Shown here: one piece after another, positions 21,880 through 32,880 of the stretch
Numbering within the stretch: position 1 is the stretch's first letter
Layout: each line of letters opens with the position of its first letter
DNA from: Nitrosopumilus sp.
GTDB lineage: Archaea > Thermoproteota > Nitrososphaeria > Nitrososphaerales > Nitrosopumilaceae
Length of the DNA stretch: 64,000 bases
NCBI GenBank assembly: GCA_965205215.1
Contig: OZ242041.1
Coordinates: forward strand, 896,001 to 960,000
Direction of reading: 5' to 3'
Program-made: the position numbers and the translations under genes
The notes under the pieces: model-generated
What the model saw: only the letters and a program-made list of their open reading frames with translations
Databases searched by the model: none
Told to the model about the DNA's origin: nothing

Positions 21880-23091
21880 TTGGAACTAGAACCTTTTCTT
21901 TCAATACATAAATACGAACACGGCGCCGCGCATACCGTGCTAGGCAAGAACCAGTCGGTCTTTGACAAGGGGGCGCTAGCAAGCACAAAGCCCGGCAAGC
22001 AGCTGATACGCCAGAAACTCTTCAAGTCAAAGGGGTACCGGCTGTTTGACAGGTACAAGACCGAGGCCGAGGAAAACTTTGCGGACTTTGCGCGGAGGTT
22101 TGCGGCCGACCTGCACGCCGCGATATCCTCCGACGGCTCGCCGCACGACACCGTACGGAAGTTCGCCGACGAGGTGGGCTCGCCTGAGATGGGGCTGTCC
22201 CCCTCCGGCGCGGACGCGGCCAGGAACCGCCTGCAGAGCGTGGACGAGCTGCAGGTCAGGGTGGACCGCATACTTGACTCCAACTTTGTAAAGATGACGT
22301 TTCCCGTGTTCAACGCGCTGTATGACGGGGCTGCCGCGCTTCGCGGGGACAGCCAGGATGGCGACGGCCTGCGCCGCGACATAGTGGAGGGCCACATCAT
22401 GGCCATCGACCTCAGCGAGCCGATGGACCGCATAGTCGACAAGGACGAGGACCTAAAGTACCTGGACGACTACCGCCTCATGAACCCGTACATACTTGGC
22501 CTCGCAAGGAGCCGCATATCAAGGGGCGGCGACGCCATACTTGGATCGTTTGAGGCCGGCTTTGCCGACGCGCGGCTGGGCCAGGACCTCGACGAGCAGC
22601 TAAAGTCGGCGCCCGGCGAGATAACCGAGGACGACATGACCACCTCGTACAAAAAGTACAGGGCCGTGATGGGCACGGCGGGCCGCAACATGGCGCTTGC
22701 CGAGAGGCCGATTGGCGACATATTCTATCTGGGCATGGCAAAGGCCGCCGAGGGCGTGGGGTGCGGAAACGAGATCGAGGACTCGATAAGGGACCGCGCG
22801 GTAAAGGTCCCGTCCTGGCCCCTGTACTACTCGGTGCTGTCGGGCAGCTCGCAGGCCGGCTTTGAGGCAGCCGCCCGGAAGGGGGACCTGTACCTGCAGG
22901 ACGCGCGCCTTGCGATATCGCTGCTGCCAGAGGGGTTCGAGGCCACGGAGCTCTTGGAGTTCCTGTTTGTTACGATGGAGCACTACAACAGGTACTGGTA
23001 CGACAGGCTGCTGCAGCTTGGCGCGTGGGACGAGTTTGACTCCAGCCTGCCGGCGCGCGGCGGCGCGGACGGTACAGGGAAGGCAGAGTAA
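21880..23091 (+). CDS. hypothetical protein, probably conserved core
   Basis: Long ORF with host codon usage directly upstream of the RFC large subunit; start uncertain. Confidence 0.75.
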   Translation: MELEPFLSIHKYEHGAAHTVLGKNQSVFDKGALASTKPGKQLIRQKLFKSKGYRLFDRYKTEAEENFADFARRFAADLHAAISSDGSPHDTVRKFADEVGSPEMGLSPSGADAARNRLQSVDELQVRVDRILDSNFVKMTFPVFNALYDGAAALRGDSQDGDGLRRDIVEGHIMAIDLSEPMDRIVDKDEDLKYLDDYRLMNPYILGLARSRISRGGDAILGSFEAGFADARLGQDLDEQLKSAPGEITEDDMTTSYKKYRAVMGTAGRNMALAERPIGDIFYLGMAKAAEGVGCGNEIEDSIRDRAVKVPSWPLYYSVLSGSSQAGFEAAARKGDLYLQDARLAISLLPEGFEATELLEFLFVTMEHYNRYWYDRLLQLGAWDEFDSSLPARGGADGTGKAE

Positions 23092-23127
23092 CATGAAGGG
23101 GAAAAGGCGGGAGGGCGCACCCGAGCC

Positions 23128-24402
23128 ATGATGTGGTCCGAAAAGCACCGCCCCTCCTCCGTGCGCGACATGGTCGGAAACGAGGAGCCCCGCGCGGCCA
23201 TCGTCACGTGGCTTGCAAAGTGGAAGGCGGGCACAAAGCCCCTGCTGCTCGTGGGCCCCCCCGGCGTGGGCAAGACCACGATGGCGTTCCTGCTTGCCGA
23301 GCAGTTCGGGTACGACATGATAGGCCTCAACGCAAGCGACGTGCGCAGCAAGTCCAAGATAAACGAGATTCTGGAACCCGTCCTGGGAAACGCGGCCGTA
23401 ACGGGCAGGCCCGCGATGATATTCATCGACGAGGTGGACGGGATACACGGGCGCAGCGACTACGGCGGCTCGGCCGCGCTGGTCGACATAATGAAGCGCG
23501 CGTCGGTGCCGATAATACTTGCCGCAAACGACGACACCCACGACAAGATGAAGCCCGTGACAAAGGCGGCCGCCACGGTGAGGTTCCGCCGCGTCCCGCC
23601 CCGCCTGCTGCGGGCGTACCTGGAGGGCGTGCTGAAGTCAGAGGACGCCGGCTCGCCTGACGGCCCCTCCAAGAGGGTCGGGCCCGGGATTCTCATCAGG
23701 ATCGTCAGCAGGTCGAGGGGCGACATACGCTCCATGATGAACCTGGCACAGTCGTACGCGACCGGGTTCAAACCGCAGACAGAGACGCCAGACGACGTGC
23801 TTGCAGCGGAGCAGGCGGTGCCGGCATTCTTCGGGGCCGAGTCCACGGAGGAAGCGGCCGGTGTGCTGCGGCGCATGCAGTCCGACCCGCGTGAGAAGAT
23901 TGCAGCATTCTACTCCAGCGTGGTGACAAGCAAGGGGCTTGATCCCGCCGTGATGGCCGAGCTTCTCCGTATCATATCGGATGCCGACGTGCTGTACGGC
24001 CGCATAATGCGCACGCAGAACTGGAGGCTGCTCCGGTATCTGGACGGCTTGCTGCTGAGCATGTACGACGTTACAGCAGCAGCAGCAACCAAGGGAGCGG
24101 GACCGTCGGGCGCATCCGGATCCGGCGGCCGCGGCGCGGCCGCGGCGATAAAGTACACCAAGTACAACCTGCCATGGCCGCTCCTGACGCGCATACGGTT
24201 TGACGGCGCCAAGATAAGGGCGCTTGCGGCCGCAGTGAGGCCTGCGCTGCACGTGTCTGCAAGCACGTTTGGCTCCATGTTTCTGCCCTACATGTTGCAC
24301 TGCATGAAGTCGGGCTCCGTCGTGACACCGGACCCGAAGGAGGACGAGAACGGGGAGATTATCGCAAAGGAGGCCGCGAGGCTTGGGGCGTCAAGGGGAT
24401 AG
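23128..24402 (+). CDS. rfcL: replication factor C large subunit
   Basis: WSEKHRP, GPPGVGKTT, LNASD, IDEVDG, GDIR. Confidence 0.9.
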   Translation: MMWSEKHRPSSVRDMVGNEEPRAAIVTWLAKWKAGTKPLLLVGPPGVGKTTMAFLLAEQFGYDMIGLNASDVRSKSKINEILEPVLGNAAVTGRPAMIFIDEVDGIHGRSDYGGSAALVDIMKRASVPIILAANDDTHDKMKPVTKAAATVRFRRVPPRLLRAYLEGVLKSEDAGSPDGPSKRVGPGILIRIVSRSRGDIRSMMNLAQSYATGFKPQTETPDDVLAAEQAVPAFFGAESTEEAAGVLRRMQSDPREKIAAFYSSVVTSKGLDPAVMAELLRIISDADVLYGRIMRTQNWRLLRYLDGLLLSMYDVTAAAATKGAGPSGASGSGGRGAAAAIKYTKYNLPWPLLTRIRFDGAKIRALAAAVRPALHVSASTFGSMFLPYMLHCMKSGSVVTPDPKEDENGEIIAKEAARLGASRG

Positions 24403-24462
24403 CATGCGCCACCTACGCTGCACCGCGCGCGGGCCCCTGTATCTGGAGGGGAGGCGACCCGG

Positions 24463-24861
24463 ATGAGCCTTGCGGACTACACGGATGATCCAAAATGGAG
24501 GAAGATCACGATGAGGTATACGGGCAGATGCACAGTGTGCTCAAAACTGATCCTCGCCGGACAGCAGGGGATGTGGTCCAAGGAGGCCGGGGCCAAACAC
24601 CTTGGCTGCGCCGGAGTCGACGATAACAGCAGCAGCAGCAGCAACAACAACAACAAGGAGGCGTTAGGATCCTCGGGCAGGATATCATGCGCGGTGTGCG
24701 GCAAGCCGGCCGGATGCCAGGAGTGCGAGCTCCAAGACAGCTGCGACATACCCAACGTCTCGCCCAACTGCCTGTGCCATGACTGCAGCCAGAAGGGCGA
24801 CGTGATGAACCTGTACCAAAAGTCGACGGGCAGCAAGTTCCCCCCGCTCCTTCGGGGCTGA
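24463..24861 (+). CDS. Cys-rich (Zn-binding) hypothetical protein
   Basis: Multiple CxxC motifs; S/N low-complexity linker. Confidence 0.7.
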   Translation: MSLADYTDDPKWRKITMRYTGRCTVCSKLILAGQQGMWSKEAGAKHLGCAGVDDNSSSSSNNNNKEALGSSGRISCAVCGKPAGCQECELQDSCDIPNVSPNCLCHDCSQKGDVMNLYQKSTGSKFPPLLRG

Positions 24862-24956
24862 TTCCCTGGGCTGGCCAACACCCGTAACTGCAGGCCGCAG
24901 AGAAATAGCCCGGAAATCTAGTTTGATATATAAACCTGCACTAAACCCGTCTCATA

Positions 24957-26504
24957 GTGCATTCTGAAAAAATCAACAAGTTCAGGCAGAACCGCGAGAC
25001 GGCGCTGCAGGGCGGAGGGCCCGACCGGACAAAGGCCCAGCATGAGAAGGGCAAGCTGACCGCCCGGGAGCGCATAGACCTGCTGCTTGACGAGGGGACG
25101 TTCGTCGAGGTGGACCCGCTTGCCACGCACCACTACCACGAGTACGACATGCAGAAGAAAAAGTACTTTACAGACGGGGTCGTCGGGGGGTACGGCAAGA
25201 TAGCGGGCAGGCAGACGTTCGTCTTCGTGTACGACTTTACCGTATTGGGCGGGACGCTCAGCAACATGGGGGCAAAGAAGATTACGAAATTGATGGACCA
25301 CGCGGTCCGCACCGGGTGCCCGATCGTGGGTATAATGGACTCGGGGGGAGCCCGCATACAGGAGGGCATAATGAGCCTGGACGGGTTCGCGGACATATTC
25401 TACCACAACCAGCTCGCGTCCGGCGTCGTCCCGCAGATAACTGCCAGCATAGGCCCGTCGGCGGGCGGCTCGGTGTACTCGCCGGCCATGACCGACTTTG
25501 TCATCATGGTCAAAAAGGCCGGCACCATGTTCGTGACCGGCCCCGACGTGGTGAAGACCGTGCTGGGCGAGGAGATATCATTTGACGACCTGGGCGGGGC
25601 GGTGACCCACGGCACCAAGAGCGGGGTGGCCCACTTTGTTGCAAGCGACGAGTACGACTGCATGGACTACATACGCCGCCTACTGTCGTACCTGCCGCAG
25701 AACAACTCGCGCGGCCCCGAGCCCGTAAAGCCCGACGACGATCCCAACAGGCTCGACCACAACCTCATAAACATACTCCCGGAGAACCCGCTTGAGCCGT
25801 ACGACATGAAGGAGATAATAACCAAGATCGTCGACAACAACGAGTTCTTCGAGGTCCACGAGCTCTTTGCGCCCAACATTGTGGTGGGGTACGCGAGGAT
25901 GGACGGCAAGGTGGTCGGGATAGTGGCAAACAACCCGATGTACCTGGCCGGCGCGCTCGACATCGACTCCTCAAACAAGGCCGCCAGGTTCGTCAGGTTC
26001 TGCGACGCGTTCTCCATACCGATCATAACGCTGGTGGACACACCGGGATACATGCCAGGCTCGAACCAGGAGCACAACGGGATAATCAGGCACGGCTCCA
26101 AGCTGCTGTACGCGTACTGCGAGGCAACCGTCCCGAAGATCGCGCTGGTGGTGGGCAAGGCGTACGGCGGCGCGTACATCGCGATGGCAAGCAAGAACCT
26201 GCGCACGGACATCAACTATGCGTGGCCCACGGCCAGGTGCGCCGTCCTGGGCGGGGAGGCCGCAGTCAAGATAATGTACCGCAAGGAGCTGCAGGCGGCA
26301 GACGACGCCGAGTCGCTGAGCAAGGGGCTTGTCGACGAGTTCGTAGAAAAGTTCGAGAATCCGTACGTGGCAGCCTCGCACGGCACAGTGGACAACGTGA
26401 TTGATCCGGCCGAGACCCGGCCCATGCTCATAAAGGCGCTGCACATGCTTGCAGGCAAGCGCGAAAAGCAGCTGGCGCGCAAGCACGGGAACATAAACCT
26501 GTAA
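24957..26504 (+). CDS. pccB: acetyl/propionyl-CoA carboxylase carboxyltransferase subunit
   Basis: GKLTARER, DSGGARIQEG, KAYGGAY, KHGNI. Confidence 0.95.
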   Translation: MHSEKINKFRQNRETALQGGGPDRTKAQHEKGKLTARERIDLLLDEGTFVEVDPLATHHYHEYDMQKKKYFTDGVVGGYGKIAGRQTFVFVYDFTVLGGTLSNMGAKKITKLMDHAVRTGCPIVGIMDSGGARIQEGIMSLDGFADIFYHNQLASGVVPQITASIGPSAGGSVYSPAMTDFVIMVKKAGTMFVTGPDVVKTVLGEEISFDDLGGAVTHGTKSGVAHFVASDEYDCMDYIRRLLSYLPQNNSRGPEPVKPDDDPNRLDHNLINILPENPLEPYDMKEIITKIVDNNEFFEVHELFAPNIVVGYARMDGKVVGIVANNPMYLAGALDIDSSNKAARFVRFCDAFSIPIITLVDTPGYMPGSNQEHNGIIRHGSKLLYAYCEATVPKIALVVGKAYGGAYIAMASKNLRTDINYAWPTARCAVLGGEAAVKIMYRKELQAADDAESLSKGLVDEFVEKFENPYVAASHGTVDNVIDPAETRPMLIKALHMLAGKREKQLARKHGNINL

Positions 26505-26577
26505 TATGATGTGGTGGTTGTATGGTGAGTTCCGGTTGCTGCAGCGGGAGTGGAATGGAGGAGGAGGATAACCGCGC

Positions 26578-28101
26578 ATGATCGAAAAGGTACTGATCGC
26601 AAACAGGGGCGAGATCGCGCTGCGGGTTATCCGCACGTGCCGCGCGCTCGGGATCGGGACTGTCGCCGTATACTCCGACGAGGACACCAACTCGCTGCAC
26701 GTAAAGCAGGCCGGCGAGGCGTACCACATCGGCCGGGCGGCCCCCGCCGAGTCGTACCTCAACCAGGAAAAGATGCTCGACGTGATCAAAAAGTCGGGCG
26801 CCGACGCGGTCCACCCGGGGTACGGGTTCCTCTCAGAGAATGACGACTTTGCGCGCCTGTGCGAAAAGAACTCTGTCAACTTTATCGGGCCCAGCGCCGA
26901 CTCCATGAACCTGTGCGGCGACAAGATGCGCTGCAAGGCCGCGATGCTAAAGGCAAACGTGCCGACGGTGCCGGGCAGCCCCGACCTGGTAAAGGACGTG
27001 GAGGAGGCCGTGTCCACCGCAAACGAGATCGGGTATCCGGTGCTGCTAAAGTCAGTATACGGGGGCGGCGGCCGCGGAATCAGGCTGGCCTCAAACGATG
27101 ATGAGCTGCGCTCCGGGTACGAGTCTGTAACCGGCGAGTCTATTGCGGCAGTCGGCAAGTCGGCCATACTGGTCGAAAAATTCCTTGAAAAGACGCGCCA
27201 CATCGAATACCAGATGGCGCGCGACAAGCACGGCAACACCGTACACCTCTTTGAGCGCGAATGCTCGATACAGCGCCGCAACCAAAAGCTGATAGAGCAG
27301 ACCCCCTCGCCCGTTGTTGACGCCGAGACCCGCGAGCGCGTGGGCTCCATAGTCTGCGACGCGGCAGAGGCAGTGGACTATACGAACCTGGGCACGGCGG
27401 AATTCCTGCGCGCCGATACGGGCGAGTTCTACTTTATCGAGATAAACGCGAGGCTCCAGGTGGAGCACCCCATCACGGAGTACGTGTCGGGCCTGGACCT
27501 GGTAAAGCTGCAGATCGACATTGCAAACGGGGAGCCCCTGCCGTTCAAGCAGAAGGACCTCGTGATGAACGGGTATGCCATCGAGTGCCGCATAAACGCG
27601 GAGGACACGTTCCTGGACTTTGCGCCCTCCACGGGCCCCGTCCCGGGCGTGGAGCTGCCGGCGGGCCCCGGCGTGAGGTGCGACACCTACCTGTATCCGG
27701 GATGCACCGTGTCGCCGTTTTACGACTCGCTGATGGCAAAGCTTGTGACGTGGGGGCAGACGTTTGAGGAGTCCCGCAGCAGGATGCTGGTCGCGCTCGA
27801 CGACTTTTACATACGCGGGGTGGAGACGTCAATACCCCTCTACAAGACGATACTGCGCTCCGACGAGTACAAGGAGGGGCAGCTCTCTACTGACTTTCTA
27901 AAGCGGTACGGCATGATCGAGAGGCTTGAAAATGACATTGCCGAGGACAAAAAGTCCAGGGCGGACGCGGCCATGGCCGCGGCCATAATGCACTCGGAGT
28001 TTCTCAAGAGCAGGGCCGGCGGTGACGATGACAACGGCGACGGCAGCGCAGTCGACGCGGACGCGGGCCACCGCCACGAGCAGTGGAGGATGCAGCAATG
28101 A
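26578..28101 (+). CDS. accC: biotin carboxylase subunit
   Basis: ANRGEIA, HPGYGFLSEN, GGGGRG, ERECSIQRR, RLQVEHP. Confidence 0.95.
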   Translation: MIEKVLIANRGEIALRVIRTCRALGIGTVAVYSDEDTNSLHVKQAGEAYHIGRAAPAESYLNQEKMLDVIKKSGADAVHPGYGFLSENDDFARLCEKNSVNFIGPSADSMNLCGDKMRCKAAMLKANVPTVPGSPDLVKDVEEAVSTANEIGYPVLLKSVYGGGGRGIRLASNDDELRSGYESVTGESIAAVGKSAILVEKFLEKTRHIEYQMARDKHGNTVHLFERECSIQRRNQKLIEQTPSPVVDAETRERVGSIVCDAAEAVDYTNLGTAEFLRADTGEFYFIEINARLQVEHPITEYVSGLDLVKLQIDIANGEPLPFKQKDLVMNGYAIECRINAEDTFLDFAPSTGPVPGVELPAGPGVRCDTYLYPGCTVSPFYDSLMAKLVTWGQTFEESRSRMLVALDDFYIRGVETSIPLYKTILRSDEYKEGQLSTDFLKRYGMIERLENDIAEDKKSRADAAMAAAIMHSEFLKSRAGGDDDNGDGSAVDADAGHRHEQWRMQQ

Positions 28102-28625
28102 AATTCTCAATAGACGGGATCGATGCCAAGGGGATGGACGCCGGCATGGGCGAGCCGCTTGGCGGCGGCGAGTACTCTGTCCGGATAAACGGGGCCGACC
28201 GCAAGCTTCGCGTCCTTCGCATAACGTCGACGGGTATAGAGTTCATGCTTGATGACGTGTATCACAAGGCAAGGTACGTGTCGCGCGCCACCCGCGAGAT
28301 ATCCATGATCGTCGACGGCGTGGAGATGTCGCTTGGCATGCACGCGGACTTTGATGATATAGTATACAAGAACTCTGGCGGCGCGGGCGCGGACGGTGCA
28401 GGCGGCGGCGCCCAGGCCTCACTGAAGAGCCAGATTCCCGGCAAGGTCGTATCGGTCGCCGTATCTGAGGGCGACACGGTCGCAAAGGGCGACGTGGTGT
28501 GCACCCTGGAGTCGATGAAGATGCAGGTGGCAGTAAAGGCGCACAAGGACGGCACCGTGGGCTCCATCAAGGTAAGGGAGTCTGCCACGGTCGCAAAGGG
28601 CGACACGATAGCCGAGATCAATTAA
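28098..28625 (+). CDS. accB: biotin carboxyl carrier protein
   Basis: ESMKM biotinylation motif; ATGA overlap with accC. Confidence 0.92.
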   Translation: MKFSIDGIDAKGMDAGMGEPLGGGEYSVRINGADRKLRVLRITSTGIEFMLDDVYHKARYVSRATREISMIVDGVEMSLGMHADFDDIVYKNSGGAGADGAGGGAQASLKSQIPGKVVSVAVSEGDTVAKGDVVCTLESMKMQVAVKAHKDGTVGSIKVRESATVAKGDTIAEIN

Positions 28626-28727
28626 TCTGCCAACCTTCCGTGCTGCACCAACACCTGACTGTCTGCTTCTGCCGTAACGCTCCTCCGATCCTAGTTGGTT
28701 CATATTGTAATGCCTGCAAGCCTGCTT

Positions 28728-28804
28728 GGGGACGTAGGTTAGCTTGGTAGACTGCCAGCCTCGGGCGCTGGAGATCGTGGGTTCAAGTCCCACCGTCCCC
28801 ACCA
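28728..28804 (+). tRNA. tRNA-Pro(CGG), CCA encoded
   Basis: GGGGACG/CGTCCCC stem, CCAGC-CTCGGGC-GCTGG arm. Confidence 0.95.
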
Positions 28805-28926
28805 TCATTCATGCTTGCGCCAGCAGGACGGCGCCGTTCAACTGGTACGTGCAGCTCCGGCCGACGCCGATCTCCGCGTGCGGCGTCTTTTAAGACCTTT
28901 ATAGCGCGTGAAAAGGCATGCATGCA

Positions 28927-29397
28927 ATGGCTTTGAACGTTGGCGACGCCGCTCCGGACTTTGAGCTTCCGGACACGGAGCTGAAGATGCGGAGCCTAGG
29001 CGAGTTCACCGGCGAGAAAAAGGTAGTCCTGACGTTTATTGTCGCGGCAAGCTCCCCCGTGTGCGAGACGGAGCTGTGCACCCTGAGGGACTCGTGGCAG
29101 GAGATCTCCGATGCGGGCGCGCAGGTCGTGGCAATCAGCAACGATGGGCCGTTTGCAAACAAGGCGTTTGCGGCCGCAAACAACTACACGTTCCCGTTCC
29201 TGTCCGACTATAACAGCAAGACGATAAGGGACTACGACGTGCTGATGAAGGATCTCCTGCACATCAAGGACTATAACGCCGCAAAGCGCTCGGTCTTTGT
29301 GATAAACGAGGACGGCCGAATCGGATACAAGTGGGTGACTGACAACCCCTTGGAGGAGCCGAACTATGCCGAGATTAAGAACTACATAAAGGGCTAG
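28927..29397 (+). CDS. peroxiredoxin (AhpC/TSA redoxin family)
   Basis: VGDAAPDFEL, SPVCETE, AKRSVFVI. Confidence 0.9.
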   Translation: MALNVGDAAPDFELPDTELKMRSLGEFTGEKKVVLTFIVAASSPVCETELCTLRDSWQEISDAGAQVVAISNDGPFANKAFAAANNYTFPFLSDYNSKTIRDYDVLMKDLLHIKDYNAAKRSVFVINEDGRIGYKWVTDNPLEEPNYAEIKNYIKG

Positions 29398-29836
29398 GAT
29401 CTGTCATCTCATTTCGTGGTTTTTGTCACACGCACCAAAACGTGCTTTTTGCCTGTTCTTTGCATGTGCCTGATCCCGCCGTGCAGGCGCTGTTGCTGAT
29501 GCTACTGCTACTACCACACTGCAGTCAGTTACGCCGCCACGACGCCCATCGGCCTCGTACCGAACAGCGCTTGACGGGGGAGTGGTGTGTCCTGATTGGT
29601 ACCGGCCGGCCCTGAGGAGCCAGCTACAGCTAGGGACTGCTCCGGGCGCGACGCACGGGCCGGACCGACTTTGTGGAAATACGGATGTCCCGCCCGCTGC
29701 CACTAGACTGCAAAGGCCTGTTAGAGAATTATGTCCCGCCCACTGATCGGTGGCAAATTATGAGTACATTTTTTATGCCTATATTTCAAATTTAAAGGAT
29801 AGCTTTTTATACAAAAATCAGAGCCACAATCTGATT

Positions 29837-30211
29837 ATGGTCGGGGAGTTGGCGGGAAATTACAGCACTGTAGTACTGATGTTCGGCTTCGCCGCGGCCG
29901 CAATGGCTCCCGCCCTGTTCGTGTCCCGCATGGTGTCGCCCCGGAAGCGCAGCAACCCGGTAAAGTTCCTGCCCATGGAGTGCGGCCAGGTGCCGTCGGG
30001 GGAGGGCCGCACGCACTTTATGATGCAGTACTATCCGTACATCCTGATGTTCGTGGTGTTTGACGTGATGGCCATCTTCCTGTACGCATGGGGCAGCTCG
30101 CTCTTCGAGCTCCCAAAGAGCGCGACCCTGCCGATGATCGGGTTTCTCGGGATAATGTTTGGCGCGATGGCGTTTGCGCTGTACCAGTCGGGGAGGCGGC
30201 GGATATGGTAG
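29837..30211 (+). CDS. nuoA: complex I subunit A
   Basis: PMECG, YILMFVVFDV; start uncertain. Confidence 0.9.
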   Translation: MVGELAGNYSTVVLMFGFAAAAMAPALFVSRMVSPRKRSNPVKFLPMECGQVPSGEGRTHFMMQYYPYILMFVVFDVMAIFLYAWGSSLFELPKSATLPMIGFLGIMFGAMAFALYQSGRRRIW

Positions 30212-30305
30212 TTTCTTATATGCGCGGCTCATACTGCCTTCAAGGCGAGCGGGATTTGGCGGTATCTGTAATGACACACAGGGCATGGCGGCGGTGATCG
30301 GTTAG

Positions 30306-30830
30306 ATGCTAAAGGACGTCATGACCCCGGAGAATGCCAACGTGTTCGTGGGCAAGCTCGGCGACATACTGGAGCGTGCGATAGACAAGCCCCTGGGCTA
30401 TGCAATCAACTGGGGGCGCATATGGTCCCTGTGGCCCGTGCACATAGAGACTGCCTGCTGCAGCGTGGAGTTCGGGGCCGCGTCCGGTCCGAGGTATGAC
30501 GTTGAGCGGTTCGGGATTATAGAGGCGTTCGGCTCGCTGCGCCAGTGCGATCTGGTCGTGGTCCAGGGGACCATAACCCGCAAGATGGCCCCGCGGCTGA
30601 GGCTGGTCTACGACCAGATGCCGGAGCCCAAGTACGTCATTGCGATGGGGGCGTGCGCCATTACGGGCGGGCTCTACTTTGATTCATACAATGTGCTGCC
30701 TGGAATCGACGGCGTGATTCCAGTTGACGTATACGTGCCAGGGTGCCCGCCGAGGCCCGAGACGCTTATCCAAGGCTGCATCCTGCTGCAAGAGAAGATC
30801 AAGAGGATGAAAGCCAGGAAGATCGTATAA
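30306..30830 (+). CDS. nuoB: complex I subunit B
   Basis: TACC, MGACA, PGCPPRPE. Confidence 0.95.
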   Translation: MLKDVMTPENANVFVGKLGDILERAIDKPLGYAINWGRIWSLWPVHIETACCSVEFGAASGPRYDVERFGIIEAFGSLRQCDLVVVQGTITRKMAPRLRLVYDQMPEPKYVIAMGACAITGGLYFDSYNVLPGIDGVIPVDVYVPGCPPRPETLIQGCILLQEKIKRMKARKIV

Positions 30831-31663
30831 TGAGCAAAGATCCACAGGCCGCTGCAGAAAAGCCGGCCTCAGAAGACGCAAAGCCAGAGACCAAGCCTCT
30901 GGATGCAGATGCTCCCGCAGGCGCATCTGCCAAGACTGCCGCCGGCGAGTCCAAGAAGGCCCCCGAAGGGGCGTCCGACGCCAAGAACGCCGCCGCACCG
31001 GACAAGCCCGATACTTTGAAGGATGAAAAGCCCGCCGCCCCCGCCAAACCGGCAGCCGCAAAGCCAGCTGCCCCCGCCAAGCCAACTGCTGCTAAACCCG
31101 CCCCCGCCAAACCGGCAGCCGCAAAGCCCACCCCCGCGGCCAAGAAAGCCCCTCCGCCACCCCCGGCGGCGCCAGAGTTTGAAAAGGGCGTATCTGACAA
31201 GATTCTTGAAAGGTTCGGCGACAAGGTCGAATCCACGTTCATAAAGCCTGGTCGAATAGGGATAAAAGCGGGGCGTGATGACGTGCATAGCGTGGCGGAA
31301 TTCATCAGGGACGAGCTGAACTATGACCACGTGGAGTCCGTGTCAGGCGTGGACTATGCGGCAGACGGGGAGATCGAGGTGGTGTACCACATTGGATCAT
31401 ACACGGACGACTCGCTGGAGAACCAGATAATCGCCCTGTCCACGAGGGCGCAGCGCGAGGACGACCCGATACCGGGCGGGGACGCCACCAGGCTGCCCAC
31501 CTTGCGCGACGTCTTTTACAGCGTCGAGTTCCACGAGCGCGAGATATTTGAGATGTTCGGGGTCTATTTCGAGGGGCATCCGGACAACCGCCGGCTGCTG
31601 CTGCCAGAGGACTGGGCCGACCTGCCGCCCCTCAGAAAGGACTTTGCGATAAAGGGGAGATGA
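30830..31663 (+). CDS. nuoC: complex I subunit C with long Ala/Pro/Lys N-terminal extension
   Basis: EREIFEMFGVYFEGHP, PLRKDF. Confidence 0.92.
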   Translation: MSKDPQAAAEKPASEDAKPETKPLDADAPAGASAKTAAGESKKAPEGASDAKNAAAPDKPDTLKDEKPAAPAKPAAAKPAAPAKPTAAKPAPAKPAAAKPTPAAKKAPPPPPAAPEFEKGVSDKILERFGDKVESTFIKPGRIGIKAGRDDVHSVAEFIRDELNYDHVESVSGVDYAADGEIEVVYHIGSYTDDSLENQIIALSTRAQREDDPIPGGDATRLPTLRDVFYSVEFHEREIFEMFGVYFEGHPDNRRLLLPEDWADLPPLRKDFAIKGR

Positions 31664-32880
31664 TTACGACGGCGACTACCGACACATCAACCGCGACAAC
31701 GGCTGCAGCGCCCCCTGCACCTACTACTACTGCCGCCGCCACATCCGCAGCCCCGGAGCTTCCGCCCGGACTCGCGCTGCAAAAGGTTGACGAGCGCATA
31801 ATGACGCTCAACGTGGGGCCGCAGCACCCGGGCTCCGGACACATGCGGATCATAGTCCAGATAGACGGTGACCACATAGTGGCCTGCGACCCGGACCCGG
31901 GATACGTGCACCGCGGCGAGGAGAAGATGGCCGAGTACCGCAACTACATCACGAACATCCCGCACCTGGAGAGGCCCGTCATACACGACTCGTGCAACAT
32001 CCTGTACCCGTACGTGCTGGGCGTCGAGGAGCTGCTGGGCATCGAGACGCCGGAGCGCGCAAAGTACGTGAGAGTGATAGCGGCGGAGCTGAACCGCTGC
32101 ATATACACGATGTACTGGCTTGCCATATACGGGATATTCCTGGGGCACTCCACCATGTTCATGTGGCCCGCCGGGGACCGAGAGCTGCTGATAGACCTGA
32201 TGGAGAAGATGACCGGCGCCCGCGTCACCCACGCGCACTTTGTCCCGGGCGGCGTGCGCAACGACCTTCCCCCGAACTTTGAGGACGTCTGCCTGAGGCA
32301 GGTAAACTATTTTGAAAAGCGCATCAAGGAGTACGCCGACATATTCTACGACAACCCCATACTGATATCGCGCACCCGGGAGACGGGCGTGCTCTCAAGG
32401 CAGGACGCCATACGCCTCGGCACCACGGGCTCCGTCCTGAGGGCAAGCGGCGTCGACTACGACGTGCGCAAAAAGGAGCCGTACGACGTGTACGACGAGC
32501 TCGACGTCAACACGAACGTGATGAAGGCCGGCGACTCGTACGCCAGGTCGCGCGTCCCGTGGCTTGACATGATGGAGAGCTGCAACATCATACGCAGCGC
32601 GCTCGAGAAGATTCCAAAGTCCGGCTCCGTGCGCGTCAAGCTAAAGCCGAACCCCAAGGGCGGTAATGACACCGTGTACAAGCGCGTCGAGTCAGGCAGG
32701 GGCGCGCTCGGCTGCTACATCGTATCTGACGGCAAGCCGGAGCCCTACCGCGTAAAGATGAGCGTCGGCTCGTTCCGCAACCTTATCGCCCTGCCGTACC
32801 TGCTCAAGGGCGAAAAGCTGGGCAACATGCCCGCCGTATACTGGAGCCTGAACTACTGGCCCGTGGAGGCTGACAGGTAA
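31660..32880 (+). CDS. nuoD: complex I subunit D
   Basis: NVGPQHP, GYVHRGEEK, terminal EADR. Confidence 0.95.
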   Translation: MITTATTDTSTATTAAAPPAPTTTAAATSAAPELPPGLALQKVDERIMTLNVGPQHPGSGHMRIIVQIDGDHIVACDPDPGYVHRGEEKMAEYRNYITNIPHLERPVIHDSCNILYPYVLGVEELLGIETPERAKYVRVIAAELNRCIYTMYWLAIYGIFLGHSTMFMWPAGDRELLIDLMEKMTGARVTHAHFVPGGVRNDLPPNFEDVCLRQVNYFEKRIKEYADIFYDNPILISRTRETGVLSRQDAIRLGTTGSVLRASGVDYDVRKKEPYDVYDELDVNTNVMKAGDSYARSRVPWLDMMESCNIIRSALEKIPKSGSVRVKLKPNPKGGNDTVYKRVESGRGALGCYIVSDGKPEPYRVKMSVGSFRNLIALPYLLKGEKLGNMPAVYWSLNYWPVEADR